A stretch of 64,000 bases of DNA from Chiloscyllium plagiosum. Taxonomy: Eukaryota. Below, in pieces: positions 63,811 through 64,000 of the stretch (within the stretch, counting starts at the first letter, position 1; the number at the start of each line of letters is the position of its first letter). The notes under the pieces were generated by a model. That model saw only the letters and a program-made list of their open reading frames with translations. It was not told the origin of the DNA and searched no databases. Both the position numbers and the translations under genes were made by a program. The stretch spans positions 9,464,938 through 9,528,937 of the forward strand of contig NC_057734.1 in the NCBI RefSeq assembly GCF_004010195.1, written 5' to 3'.

Positions 63811-64000
63811 TGAGGGATAGAATAGAATGCAGGGGAGAGAGAGAGAACCTGCATAGTTACCTGCCTTTGCTGTTTGAATTTGTGTATCGCTGGACATCGG
63901 AGTGCATCTGGGAAAATTAACAAACGGTGAAATTCACAACTAATCTTGGAGGAACTGTTGGGCAAAGTTCACAGCACAGAATCAGGTAAGTTAATCGTTG

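Noticed and set aside
58900-64000. HSCB, expected from human synteny
   Set aside because: No CxxC zinc-finger or J-domain HPD exon found on + in this interval

Overview
Eukaryotic, repeat-rich vertebrate DNA, very probably from a cartilaginous fish (shark), judging by HE1/V-SINEs, CR1/HER1 LINEs and Penelope-like elements. No prokaryotic features. Genes: (1) a tandem pair of theta-class glutathione S-transferases on +. Copy A shows only exons 4-5 (1061-2192). Copy B is complete with 5 exons (8334-18802, 226 aa). Both end in the PTS1-like tripeptide ARL. (2) A complete CHEK2 on - with 14 coding exons (57780 to 23774, 520 aa: SQ/TQ cluster, FHA, kinase, NLS), tail-to-tail with GSTT-B. (3) A CpG-rich divergent promoter (about 58500-58920) with an RFX X-box, and a probable first coding exon of an unidentified + strand gene that is not HSCB-like. 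The rest is CR1, Rex1/Babar, RTE and Penelope retroelements, SINEs, three TA-type MITEs, two solo LTRs and a Gmr1-like LTR element with a tRNA-Pro PBS and SCAN-like Gag. Best leads: a putative peroxisomal short-tailed GSTT, a gene-conversion-like tract between the GSTT copies, altered polyadenylation of copy A, minimal hammerhead ribozyme motifs in Penelope-derived palindromes, and an unexplained perfect 29-bp inverted repeat. I found no evidence of a wholly new multi-gene system. All identities and comparisons were made by eye or from recall.
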